Below the pieces are notes generated by a model. The model was not told the DNA's origin. It made no database searches and saw only the letters and a list, made by a program, of their open reading frames with translations. Below are positions 8,064 through 17,305 of a stretch of DNA of 64,000 nucleotides, in pieces. The stretch lies in IMG/VR virus record IMGVR_UViG_3300042691_015921. One strand, 5' to 3'. Numbering within the stretch: position 1 is the first letter of the stretch; each line of letters opens with the position of its first letter. The stretch is from a virus. The translations under genes were made by a program, and so were the position numbers.

Positions 8064-8382
8064 CGAATTTCTCCTTTAGCTTAAGGTATCTATTGTATTC
8101 AGCCTTTTCTTGTTCCTCTTTTTCCTTTTTCTTACTCGCTCTGACCTTTTTATTTAACTGCATTCTCTTTTCATATTCCTCGTCTGTTTCCAGTCGGGAG
8201 GTATAGACAACAAAGTATTGTGTATCACTATCCCCATAGACTAATTCAAGTTTAACCTTGTTTGTACCATCTGAAAGATTCACCCAGATATTTTTGAGAT
8301 ATTCTATCGCTGATTCTATTGATCCCTCTAGAGAACCCAGACTGATCTCGTCGTACTTTTCTGTTATAAATATTTTCTTCAT
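8053..8382 (-). CDS. hypothetical protein (RLETDEEY family)
   Basis: Start moved to MKKIFI (AAGGA RBS); paralog of 6222-6506. Confidence 0.65.
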   Translation of the reverse strand: MKKIFITEKYDEISLGSLEGSIESAIEYLKNIWVNLSDGTNKVKLELVYGDSDTQYFVVYTSRLETDEEYEKRMQLNKKVRASKKKEKEEQEKAEYNRYLKLKEKFDGK

Positions 8383-8395
8383 TTGTGCATCCTTT

Positions 8396-8430
8396 AAAAA
8401 CTCCTGGGGTGGCATTGCTGCCACCCCAGG
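8396..8430 (-). terminator. intrinsic terminator after rIIB
   Basis: 12-bp stem CCTGGGGTGGCA, GCAA loop, followed by AGTTTTT on the minus strand. Confidence 0.7.
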
Positions 8431-8440
8431 GTTATTGATC

Positions 8441-9337
8441 TCACACCCAAACCCTGTAGTTTTCGTTATCATCCTCCCAATCGGGGTCTTCCTCGTCCTG
8501 CTCGTCCTCGTCCTCATAGTCTGGGTCTTCCTCATCCTCGTCCTCGTCATACGAGAACTTCTCGCTATACAGGGGGCGATTCAAAGCACCCTGATACTCG
8601 GCAGCAACCTCGTAGTTGGTTACACGAACCTTTTGACAGTTCTCGTCAAGGGGGACGCTCACAACATCCTGCGGATTAACCTTAACGATAACAATCTTAT
8701 CACAACTGTTAGCGTGTCCCTCAACGTACTTTAGAGAACCAACATGAAGACCCCCGGAGCATCCAACGCTTCGATTATCGTCAACCCTAGAGCGACTCAT
8801 GCTAGGACAATCCCCGACATTATTACGGTATGATCTGAGGGTGTACTTATCCACGAAATCTCCATCATTTACCGTCTTGCCGTTCTTATCCACAAAGCTT
8901 TCTCCGTGATAAACGCTGACTGCCTTGTAAGCAAGAAAGTAACCGTCTTCCGTAATCGGGAGATTCTCATGCTCCAAAAAGTCATACAGTTCACGCTGAC
9001 TCTGCATACTTGGATTCTGCATAAGATTCTTAAGGAAATTAACAAGAGGCTGGAACGGAAGACCGTTCTTCATGAAATCAAGAAGACGTTTGGTGATTGT
9101 ACTATGGACCTCCTCTCCATCATAGAAAACCACACCATTCTTGACCTCAACAGAGCCGTCACTAAAGCTGGCAACGGCACTCTGAACATCGATCAGATTA
9201 AGCATGGTGTCTTCGTCTGCCGTATGGAGAGCCTCAACAATCGACTTGTAGTTGAAATGATCCTTAAGAACTTGGTAGCTCTTGTTCTTAAGAACAACCG
9301 TCAAATTACCATCAACAATCATGAACGGAACACTCAT
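8441..9337 (-). CDS. rIIB: rIIB-like protein
   Basis: LYDFL...LPITEDGYFLAYKAV...CSGGLHVG...VKVNPQDVVSVP; directly downstream of rIIA. Confidence 0.88.
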   Translation of the reverse strand: MSVPFMIVDGNLTVVLKNKSYQVLKDHFNYKSIVEALHTADEDTMLNLIDVQSAVASFSDGSVEVKNGVVFYDGEEVHSTITKRLLDFMKNGLPFQPLVNFLKNLMQNPSMQSQRELYDFLEHENLPITEDGYFLAYKAVSVYHGESFVDKNGKTVNDGDFVDKYTLRSYRNNVGDCPSMSRSRVDDNRSVGCSGGLHVGSLKYVEGHANSCDKIVIVKVNPQDVVSVPLDENCQKVRVTNYEVAAEYQGALNRPLYSEKFSYDEDEDEEDPDYEDEDEQDEEDPDWEDDNENYRVWV

Positions 9338-9376
9338 CGTAGTCTCCTTTTTAGTAGTAAAGCTGTCTGTGTGTGA

Positions 9377-11491
9377 TTATACCGGAAGAACGTTGTCTGT
9401 CAACACCTGATTTTCCACAAAATCAATATAGTCTGAAATTTTCTGCTTATTAGATCCATCAATCCAATTAAGTGAGACAAGACTAAGCATAGGATACTTG
9501 TCCATTTCATTCCGTAGCGGAATTTCAAACTCTGCCTTCTTATCAAATCCCTCACGATCTTCCATAAGGTTAGAAAGTCCGAGACAATCACAAGCATTCA
9601 TGATCTTCTTACAAATATCCATATTCTTCTTAAGACTCTCGGCCTTCTCCTGATAATCGGCAACGATCTGCTTTGCCCTGTTATCAGTAGAGGTATTCAA
9701 AATAGCACTGTGAAGGTGAGTAAAACCGATAGACGGGGCATGACGCATATCATAGATATCATCCTTGTAAGTGGTGAAAATATCCTTCACCATATCAATG
9801 AAATACTCCGGGCCTTCCCAATTATCTCGACTTTCAAGCTTTCGGCTTGCCACCGTAGACTCTGGCACGAAAATAAACTTCTTGTCAAAGAAACGATGCC
9901 GATAGCAAATGATAAGCATCTGCTTGATCACCGAAATACTAATCGTCCTATTGTTAATAATTACGTCCTGAGCGTAACTACCCCTCGTCTTCCTAATGGG
10001 AATATAAACAGCATCTTCTTCCTTAACGCTCAATCCGCAGGTCTTAAAGCTTTCGGAATACTGGTCAAAATACTCCACCAGACCATAGGTTCGATCAGCA
10101 ACCGTGTAGGACTGCTTCTCTGGCTTTGGCATGGAGGAAACAAGAATCACATCCTTGCGAGTTGCTCCACCAAGAATATCATAGAATGCACAATCGTCAA
10201 CAGTCTCATTCTCTGCGAGAGTATAGACGTAGACATGCCCGCGATTATTATCCTTGAGATACTGACGAACCCGGCCAACTCCTCCTCGCTTCAAGTCATC
10301 AATTGCGAACACTACATTCTCGCCAAAATGAACAGTCAGAAGATCGCGGTCAATATTGATCTTGCTACGAAAGTTAGACTTAGAAGCAGACATTACAATC
10401 TTCGTTCCGGTGGAAACGCTATTCATGCCCATAGAATCAAAAAGCTTCATTCCATTCCACATCATAGAATCTTTAAGTTGAGAAGTAACTTGCCTAACAG
10501 AACTACAACGGTCTTGAATCTCCACGTACTTTTTACGAGCAAGGAAAAGAGATGGCTGGCTAGAGATAGACGTTTCAATGCTATTCTTAATATCCTTCAT
10601 GATATGAATAAGCATTTCATGAAGCTTCGCCTTAGTCTGTGGATTGAAAGACAGACTCTCTCGGCTAGGAGTAAAGTCAACATCTCCAATATTCACATAC
10701 ATAATCAACCCACGAAGATTGTAGCAGAAAATACTAACAGAATCATCCTCAAACATGCGGCTGAGTTCACAGTTATCAACGTTATAAGGAACCTGTCCCA
10801 TCACAACATAGTTATCGGCCATGTCATGAAATGCCCACTTACCATCATTATCAGAAATGATAGGCTCAGGCATGTTCATATTAATGTTAGCATTGACAAT
10901 AGGCTTAACCTTCCAATACTTATAGAATTCACCAGCGATGGTATGAAACTTGCTAATGTCTCCAGACCGGACTGGCACAGAAACCTTAATACCATTCGGC
11001 TCATCGGTAGAAGAGGTTTCCATCTTCACGAACTGATAATCTCCCGTTGTATCCTTGAACCCGGAGTAAATCCGCTTTTCTCCGTTCAGATAGGCTTCCA
11101 CGGTGAAACTGTTCGAATAGGCAAGAGGACTCTTGCTTCCAAGACCAAGACAGCCGAGAAGATCATTGCTCTCAGTCTTTGTGCTTTTAAAGAAGGTGGT
11201 GTAGAGAATCATGCACATATCGTCAGTCATGCTGATTCCAAAATCACGCACATAGAAATACGGCTCAATTGCAGTAGGAAGGTGGACTTCAAACGGCTTG
11301 TCCGCACATCCCGCGTCAACATGGGCATCATACGCATTGGTAGAAAGTTCACGAATAACGGCAAATTCCTTGTGGGAATACATGTCATTAGACAGAACCA
11401 TAAAAGCTTTTGCCGATCCTTCAATGGAATAGCTTTTCGAAACAAGACCAGCAGACTTCTCAACGCTCGACCCGGCAGAATACATCTTCAT
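9377..11491 (-). CDS. rIIA: rIIA-like protein (N-terminal GHKL ATPase)
   Basis: LSNDMYS..AVIRELSTNAYDAH, VRDFGISM, STK..SND..G.LGLGSKSP, FTPSRESL. Confidence 0.9.
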   Translation of the reverse strand: MKMYSAGSSVEKSAGLVSKSYSIEGSAKAFMVLSNDMYSHKEFAVIRELSTNAYDAHVDAGCADKPFEVHLPTAIEPYFYVRDFGISMTDDMCMILYTTFFKSTKTESNDLLGCLGLGSKSPLAYSNSFTVEAYLNGEKRIYSGFKDTTGDYQFVKMETSSTDEPNGIKVSVPVRSGDISKFHTIAGEFYKYWKVKPIVNANINMNMPEPIISDNDGKWAFHDMADNYVVMGQVPYNVDNCELSRMFEDDSVSIFCYNLRGLIMYVNIGDVDFTPSRESLSFNPQTKAKLHEMLIHIMKDIKNSIETSISSQPSLFLARKKYVEIQDRCSSVRQVTSQLKDSMMWNGMKLFDSMGMNSVSTGTKIVMSASKSNFRSKINIDRDLLTVHFGENVVFAIDDLKRGGVGRVRQYLKDNNRGHVYVYTLAENETVDDCAFYDILGGATRKDVILVSSMPKPEKQSYTVADRTYGLVEYFDQYSESFKTCGLSVKEEDAVYIPIRKTRGSYAQDVIINNRTISISVIKQMLIICYRHRFFDKKFIFVPESTVASRKLESRDNWEGPEYFIDMVKDIFTTYKDDIYDMRHAPSIGFTHLHSAILNTSTDNRAKQIVADYQEKAESLKKNMDICKKIMNACDCLGLSNLMEDREGFDKKAEFEIPLRNEMDKYPMLSLVSLNWIDGSNKQKISDYIDFVENQVLTDNVLPV

Positions 11492-11538
11492 TTCCTAATC
11501 TCCTGACAAGTGTTTGTGTGTGCCTTAACGACTCGCCT

Positions 11539-11566
11539 ATCCTACCATCCTATCGTCTGCTGTCAA
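11539..11566 (-). promoter_or_regulatory. sigma70-type promoter for rIIA
   Basis: TTGACA-N16-TAGGAT. Confidence 0.65.
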
Positions 11567-11843
11567 GTTGGTCTTGAATTTTTTCCCAACCCCTATGCCT
11601 AGACTTGGAAGCCATAGGCCAGCCCCCACCACATTTGTCCAACATCCTCAATTGTTGATGGATTTTCCGATGAACTTCTCCATCTCTAACAATTTCACTC
11701 CAGAGAATATCCCTGGTTTCTACAGCAACGGTCGCAACCATAACCCCTCCACCACTTTGTGGACGAGTAACGATTGTATAGCCCGCACAAGCACGGTCAA
11801 TCTCTTTTTTCGTTATCGTAATTTTCTTTGACATAGCTTTCAT
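11550..11843 (-). CDS. hypothetical protein
   Basis: ORF with an ATGA overlap. Confidence 0.55.
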   Translation of the reverse strand: MKAMSKKITITKKEIDRACAGYTIVTRPQSGGGVMVATVAVETRDILWSEIVRDGEVHRKIHQQLRMLDKCGGGWPMASKSRHRGWEKIQDQLDSRR

Positions 11844-12382
11844 ACATCCTTAAAGAAATACCAACGGTTATAGGTGACGATCTCTTCCGCACCGTCAATA
11901 TACATCAGGTATTCTTGCAAGTCAAGCCACGAATCAAAAATCATTTGATGGGGAATTGTCCCGAATAACCAATCTGGAGCATTTTGCTTTCCTTGAGCAA
12001 CATTGATCAGTATCGGTTTCTTTTCACGGTTTGCAAGAAAGATTTCCTCATATGTTCCACAGGGATGAATATCTAAATCTAGATTGACAATCAAGAAATC
12101 GCTGATATCAACAAGTCTTAGGTCTACGTTTCTGATTGTCTTCATGACTTTAGATAGTTCGTCATACCGTTTCTCTTGCTTGAGTCTTTTCTTGAGCATG
12201 ACGGTATTTTCATCTTCTCTACCAATCTCTGACGGTTTAATTAATGGATTGAAAACAGTAAGTCCCATTTTTAAAAGAACGGGGGTAATATTTTCTCGCC
12301 ATGTTTTTCCGCCATCCGGTACTCTATCCATAGCACCAGCAAGATATACCCGCTGATTATTTAGTCGATTCATCATCCTCAT
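11840..12382 (-). CDS. nucleoside 2-deoxyribosyltransferase-like protein
   Basis: VYLAGAMD...WRE...DLRLVDISDFLIV...GTYEEI...KKPI. Confidence 0.8.
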   Translation of the reverse strand: MRMMNRLNNQRVYLAGAMDRVPDGGKTWRENITPVLLKMGLTVFNPLIKPSEIGREDENTVMLKKRLKQEKRYDELSKVMKTIRNVDLRLVDISDFLIVNLDLDIHPCGTYEEIFLANREKKPILINVAQGKQNAPDWLFGTIPHQMIFDSWLDLQEYLMYIDGAEEIVTYNRWYFFKDV

Positions 12383-12505
12383 CCTCTTCTACCAAGTCCC
12401 ACTCAAATTCTTCCACTTCTTTGTCATAAACCGGCAGTTCGGTTTCTTCCCACCAAGCAACTGATGTTTCAGGATAGTCACCATAATCTTGCATAATTAC
12501 CTCCG

Positions 12506-13597
12506 TTATTTCTTAAGTAAATTGTATTTATGAATAGCAGAAGCTATGACCTGATGCATGTCATAGTATCTATATTCGGCTAGTCTACCGCCAAAAATAA
12601 ACTTATTTGTATCTATCAGCGACTGATATCTACCAAATAATTCGTTGTTTAGTGTAGTATTGACAGGATAGAATCTCTCCAAACCGTCTTCATAGTCTTG
12701 TGGAAACTCTTTAGTTATTACGGTATGACGAGAATCTAATTTGTCGAAATGTTTATACTCCACAATTCTAGTATGTTTAACATCTACGTCTGTGTAGTTT
12801 ACTATAGAAGTCCCTTGAAAGTCGCAATTTTCGATGTATAATTGCTCAAATCGTAAACTTCTCCAGTCTAATTTCCCTAGACTTGAGTTAAAAAACTCAT
12901 CAATTGGGCCTGTATATACAACCTTCTTTGCTATCTTATCCCACTCATCCCTGCTTGTCAAGTAGTCTTCATCTAGTATTACCTTAATGCCGTCCAGCAT
13001 ATTCTCTACTAGTTTGGTATATCCAACTGTTGGTAGTCCTTCATAATTATCTGAGAAATATCTGTCGTCAAATGTTTTTCGGATTGGGATACGTTTTATT
13101 ATTGATGCTGGCAAATCGCGGGGATGTTTATCCCATTGTTTAGTTGTATATCCCTCGACAAATATCTCATATAATTCTCTGCCGCATTTATCTAGAATCC
13201 ATTCTTCTAGATTCTTGGGATTGGTATTAACTACCCTAACTGATTCAAGATATCTAATTGCTTCTTCTGGAGTTTTTACATTTGCTACTTGATAAAGGGT
13301 GAATAAATTAATCGGGAATGAATATAATCTATCCTTGTAATTAACTTTTACTCTGTGCGAATACCCATTAAAAGAGGAGAATCTATTTATAAATTGCCAG
13401 ATACGCTCATCATTTGTATGAAATATATGCGGACCATATTTGTGTACATTGATCCCAGCAATATTTTCTGTGTAACAGTTTCCGGCTATATGTTGTCGTT
13501 TATCTATTACAAGACAAGAATAGCCATCATCCTGAGCAATCCTGGCGAATGTCGATCCAAATAGACCGGCACCAACAATCAGAAAATCATATTGCAT
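12506..13597 (-). CDS. glf: UDP-galactopyranose mutase
   Basis: GAGLFG FAD motif, HIAGNCY, HKYGPHIFHT, GYTTKQW, GRLAEYRYYDMHQV. Confidence 0.96.
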   Translation of the reverse strand: MQYDFLIVGAGLFGSTFARIAQDDGYSCLVIDKRQHIAGNCYTENIAGINVHKYGPHIFHTNDERIWQFINRFSSFNGYSHRVKVNYKDRLYSFPINLFTLYQVANVKTPEEAIRYLESVRVVNTNPKNLEEWILDKCGRELYEIFVEGYTTKQWDKHPRDLPASIIKRIPIRKTFDDRYFSDNYEGLPTVGYTKLVENMLDGIKVILDEDYLTSRDEWDKIAKKVVYTGPIDEFFNSSLGKLDWRSLRFEQLYIENCDFQGTSIVNYTDVDVKHTRIVEYKHFDKLDSRHTVITKEFPQDYEDGLERFYPVNTTLNNELFGRYQSLIDTNKFIFGGRLAEYRYYDMHQVIASAIHKYNLLKK

Positions 13598-15250
13598 TTA
13601 ATACCAATCAAGTTTTCTTATATCTTGTGGCAACATGATAAAGTTTTTATTTGCCAGCCATAATACAGTTACAAATTCTGTTAAATATCCATTTTTCCTT
13701 ATTTCAAAGACCGGCTTATCTGATGAGATCTTATTACTATCTACGAAAAAACCTATCTTTTCTAAGATATTATTATTTTGATAGAAATCAAAAAGTTCTT
13801 CTACTATTTCTCTTTTTGCGATAATATTGTTCGAAAGTGCCGCAGTTTTTGATACTGGTTTTAGTTGTATCAAATCAAAAAATTGATTAATTTGTTCTTT
13901 ATTTATACGTAATATATTGTATAAAATATCTATAAATACAAGAGATGGCTCAACATTGGCACAAAGTATTTTATTGTCGCTTAAATAATTAAGTGCGGCC
14001 CAATTATGCATTTCGTCTATTGGATTTAATCCTACATATTTATGATTCCAAGACGCTGTGACTATTCCTACATATTTTTTATCTGGTGGGAATAGTTCAT
14101 CAAATGAAATATCATATATTCTTGATTCCGAGTATTCATTCCCAAATGAAGTCTTCAACTCATTTAGATTTATCTTTGATAGATAGTCCCTGTCTTTAAT
14201 AGAATCAAACTGTTCTGCTTTATGCCCTAGGCATAATACTTTTACTTCATCCATATTAAACTTTGGCTTTTTTTTATAACCTATGATATTATTATCATAA
14301 AGCCAAGTATATTGCACGTTATCTTTTATGTCGCCTCGTTTGTATCTATAGATATATTTCTGGTTGATTTTCTTACTAGTATTGTCATTTAATGAAATAC
14401 CAAAATTATATTCAGGCGACAAATTAAATATAGGATATCCATCCCTATGTATACAGACCTCCATCCATTTATTATCATCATCTTCTTCTTTAGAAAATGG
14501 AAAGCTTATTGGACAGAATATATTTGAATGTTTTTTATTACAGACGACAACCCCAAAATCATACCAAGTTTTCATTTGGTCTGATTCATATTCTAGAGGT
14601 TCTAATACTGTCTGTGTCAATGCTGGATATCTAGTGAAAGCTTCTGCTTTTAATATCCTCATTCTTGTCTTTTTATATCGAAAGAACATCCCGTTATTTT
14701 CAATCTCTTCTAGATTATCATATAATCCCACATGATCTTCTGGAACAATATCAAAAAGATTAGGACAGTTGTCCATTATTAACACACTGTAATCAAAATA
14801 GATTGTTCTGTCATAAGCCTCGATAAATCGTTTAACTCTAAACTTTTCTAATAATAAAGACCCCTGAGTTCTTCCCTGTAAAAGAACAAAGTCGGAATTA
14901 ACCTTTTTAGAATACTTACTAATACTGTTAACACACTCGTTGAAAATCTCACAATCCGGCGGGAGATATGTTATTACCAGTCTTTTAGATTTAGGCTTTG
15001 GCACAATATCATTAGTCTCTGCCCAAACCGGATAATTAGATTCAACAATATATGGGGTAATATCTTCCTTTACTAGACTTCTAATACTAGACAGTAAATT
15101 GTCTGCGTTAGAGTAATCCAATTTCGGGGAAATACTATTGTCGATAGCCTCTATGGCTTTTCTAATCCGGTCTGGTTGCCACTGTGCAAAGCTGTAGTTA
15201 TAGTTCTCAGCTACGGCTTTGATTATTTCAGGCAGTTTGGTTTGGGACAT
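13598..15250 (-). CDS. putative glycosyltransferase (GT8-like central domain)
   Basis: EKF...YDRTIYFDYSVLI..NCPNLFDIVP...GVVV resembles the GT-A fold, though the DxD is degenerate; adjacent to glf. Confidence 0.5.
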   Translation of the reverse strand: MSQTKLPEIIKAVAENYNYSFAQWQPDRIRKAIEAIDNSISPKLDYSNADNLLSSIRSLVKEDITPYIVESNYPVWAETNDIVPKPKSKRLVITYLPPDCEIFNECVNSISKYSKKVNSDFVLLQGRTQGSLLLEKFRVKRFIEAYDRTIYFDYSVLIMDNCPNLFDIVPEDHVGLYDNLEEIENNGMFFRYKKTRMRILKAEAFTRYPALTQTVLEPLEYESDQMKTWYDFGVVVCNKKHSNIFCPISFPFSKEEDDDNKWMEVCIHRDGYPIFNLSPEYNFGISLNDNTSKKINQKYIYRYKRGDIKDNVQYTWLYDNNIIGYKKKPKFNMDEVKVLCLGHKAEQFDSIKDRDYLSKINLNELKTSFGNEYSESRIYDISFDELFPPDKKYVGIVTASWNHKYVGLNPIDEMHNWAALNYLSDNKILCANVEPSLVFIDILYNILRINKEQINQFFDLIQLKPVSKTAALSNNIIAKREIVEELFDFYQNNNILEKIGFFVDSNKISSDKPVFEIRKNGYLTEFVTVLWLANKNFIMLPQDIRKLDWY

Positions 15251-15476
15251 TTCTCAATTCCGGGAAGTGTTTAACGAGAGTTTCTAGACGATCTTCCGCG
15301 TCTGTCAGTTGTTGTAAAGCCTCGTTCAAATTCCTGTGCAAATCACCCGTGGAGTGGTCCCCAATACCCGCAGGATGGTGTAGGAGTAGATTGAGACTAG
15401 CTAGAGCCTCTGCCCTGTCTGCCTGGGCCTTGAGAGCAAGAGCATATAGAGCGGACGTTTTGAAGTTAATTTCCAT
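15228..15476 (-). CDS. conserved phage hypothetical protein
   Basis: A...A.ASL.LLL.HPAGIGDH pattern common in aquatic phages. Confidence 0.65.
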   Translation of the reverse strand: MEINFKTSALYALALKAQADRAEALASLNLLLHHPAGIGDHSTGDLHRNLNEALQQLTDAEDRLETLVKHFPELRNVPNQTA

Positions 15477-15906
15477 AATTCACCTTAAGGTTTTTCTATT
15501 TTTTTCTAAGATTTTTCTATTTTTTTAACCAATTAATTATATCGCCTTGAATAGTAAATATTCAGGAGAAAAAATATAAGAATACAAACTAGGGGAAAAC
15601 TGAGAGAGGGTTTGAGAGAGGGAGAGAGTAGGAGAAATATCAAAAACCCCTATACCATAAATAAAAGAGAGTAAATAATAATAGAGGATGATGAACAGAC
15701 CAGTAATGCTTGACAGTTGGAATTGGAAGTTTGAACCAGCCACCCGCGTAATAAGTGGGAAATATGCCATTTTAGCCCTATTTCTGCACTATTTCTGTGG
15801 GTTTCAAGCCCATTTCCTCTCTACTGTTTTTCCTATATGGGGGTTTTTGTATTGTTCTCTCTCTCTTTTTGGATGGTTTGTGTTTCTCTCTGGGGTATTT
15901 TCTCAC

Positions 15907-16137
15907 TTACAGGGACAAATCTGCGTCATTTTCTATCGCTTCTAGTGTTTCAGAGAGGATTTCTGCAAAATCTTTTAGTTCCTGGGGGGTGATTTCGTGT
16001 CCTAGCTCTGCCATTATCTGTCTGGTGAGTAGTAATTCTCTCTCTCCAGAAGTAACACATGTTGCCGCCTGCTTGAGTCTATTATAGTTCTCTCTTACAT
16101 ATTTATACCATTCGCGTAGTACATCATCCTTGTCCAT
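15907..16137 (-). CDS. hypothetical protein
   Basis: ORF overlapping the upstream gene end. Confidence 0.55.
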   Translation of the reverse strand: MDKDDVLREWYKYVRENYNRLKQAATCVTSGERELLLTRQIMAELGHEITPQELKDFAEILSETLEAIENDADLSL

Positions 16138-16600
16138 TGTCAGCTTTCTTCAAGAGGATAACTTTGTGTGGTGCCCGAGTAATACTATCCATGACCGGAC
16201 TTTTTACTTCCGGCCCCATATACAGAAACTCCCTTGAGCCGTATGGGCTGGATACCATAATTCCATCCGGGAGGATTTCACTAACGGTATACTTTCCTTT
16301 ATTGCCAAGGTAGTTGATATTACCATCTTGATCAGTATGGAAAGGACCGCTCCCCTGGACGACTTTAATTAAATCGCCTTTAAAAAGGGTGGTATGATCA
16401 GATACCGGAATCTTGCGGGTTTTATTAATTTTAAATCGCTTAACCTTCTTAGAGGTAATGACAGCGACTTCTTCCGTTGGGGCTTTCTTCCCGGACTTCA
16501 TTACAAACGGGTGATTACAATTCTTACAGTTAAAAGAACGAACACCATTAATAGTGCTACAGTTCTTACACATCTTTTGCCCGCGTTTCAGCTTTTCCAT
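16124..16600 (-). CDS. zinc-ribbon protein
   Basis: CKNC...CKNC; start moved to MEKLKRG (AAGGTG RBS). Confidence 0.65.
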   Translation of the reverse strand: MEKLKRGQKMCKNCSTINGVRSFNCKNCNHPFVMKSGKKAPTEEVAVITSKKVKRFKINKTRKIPVSDHTTLFKGDLIKVVQGSGPFHTDQDGNINYLGNKGKYTVSEILPDGIMVSSPYGSREFLYMGPEVKSPVMDSITRAPHKVILLKKADNGQG

Positions 16601-16619
16601 ACTTTCACCTTTATAGTCT

Positions 16620-16738
16620 AAAGAACTTGAGTCCAAACACTTAACCCTGGCCCTTGCGGGATTCGGCTTGTTTAGCCAACACACTCCCAAAGAACTTGCG
16701 TCCAAACTACAAATACCTTGGCCCTTGCGGGGAGCCGG
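16620..16738 (-). repeat. imperfect tandem direct repeat (about 70-nt period) with tetraloop hairpins
   Basis: CCCGCAAGGGCCA-N13/15-TTTGGAC(G/T)CAAGTTCTTT occurs twice. Confidence 0.7.
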
Positions 16739-16773
16739 GCAGTGGGGGTGGCACAAGTGCCACCCCCACCTCG

Positions 16774-16992
16774 TCATTCCTTGCCATTCTCGTATCGCCC
16801 AAGTTCCAGGGTAAATGGCGGATTAATTTCATTACCTTCGTCATCCCATGTTCCATATCCATGGAATGTCACTCCGACTGCGAAACATTCCATTCCACGA
16901 TGACTTTCTTCGATTTCCATAGTGACATCAAATTCAAGCATGAGATCAAAAAGTCTACGCTTGAAAGCTTCTCTACGATCCCAGCTACTCAT
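16774..16992 (-). CDS. hypothetical protein
   Basis: ORF with an ATGA overlap. Confidence 0.5.
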   Translation of the reverse strand: MSSWDRREAFKRRLFDLMLEFDVTMEIEESHRGMECFAVGVTFHGYGTWDDEGNEINPPFTLELGRYENGKE

Positions 16993-17174
16993 GACCAGTC
17001 CTCCTCGTCCCGCCGCCGTCGCTTGGAGCGGGAATTAATTGCGTCCAGTTCTACCTCCAGACTCTCCACATCATCCTCCAGATCCTGAATATACTGGTAG
17101 ATAACTGCGAAAGTTTCGGGGGAACAATTGTCCTGAACTTCCAAAAGAGCCTCGTTGATCTCACCGCTTGTCAT
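16989..17174 (-). CDS. hypothetical protein
   Basis: ORF with a GGAG RBS. Confidence 0.5.
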   Translation of the reverse strand: MTSGEINEALLEVQDNCSPETFAVIYQYIQDLEDDVESLEVELDAINSRSKRRRRDEEDWS

Positions 17175-17305
17175 AGTTGACCACTCCCTGAATCAGACCG
17201 ATAGTGCCGACAAAGAAAAGGAATAGGATCAGTTTGAGCATAGATTCTCCAAAGTTAGTGTAAGGGGGCAGGGAGGGGCGGCCCGATGCCGCCCCTCCCA
17301 TTATA

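Noticed and set aside
9710-11506. 598-aa plus-strand ORF
   Set aside because: It is an antisense shadow of rIIA with no recognisable motifs, against the orientation of the whole arm.
15537-16087. Short ORFs across the purine/pyrimidine tract
   Set aside because: They give low-complexity translations on both strands with no convincing RBS.
16620-16738. c-di-GMP-I or glutamine riboswitch
   Set aside because: Only a short GGACGCAA resemblance is present and the other conserved elements were not found, so it is kept as an unknown motif.
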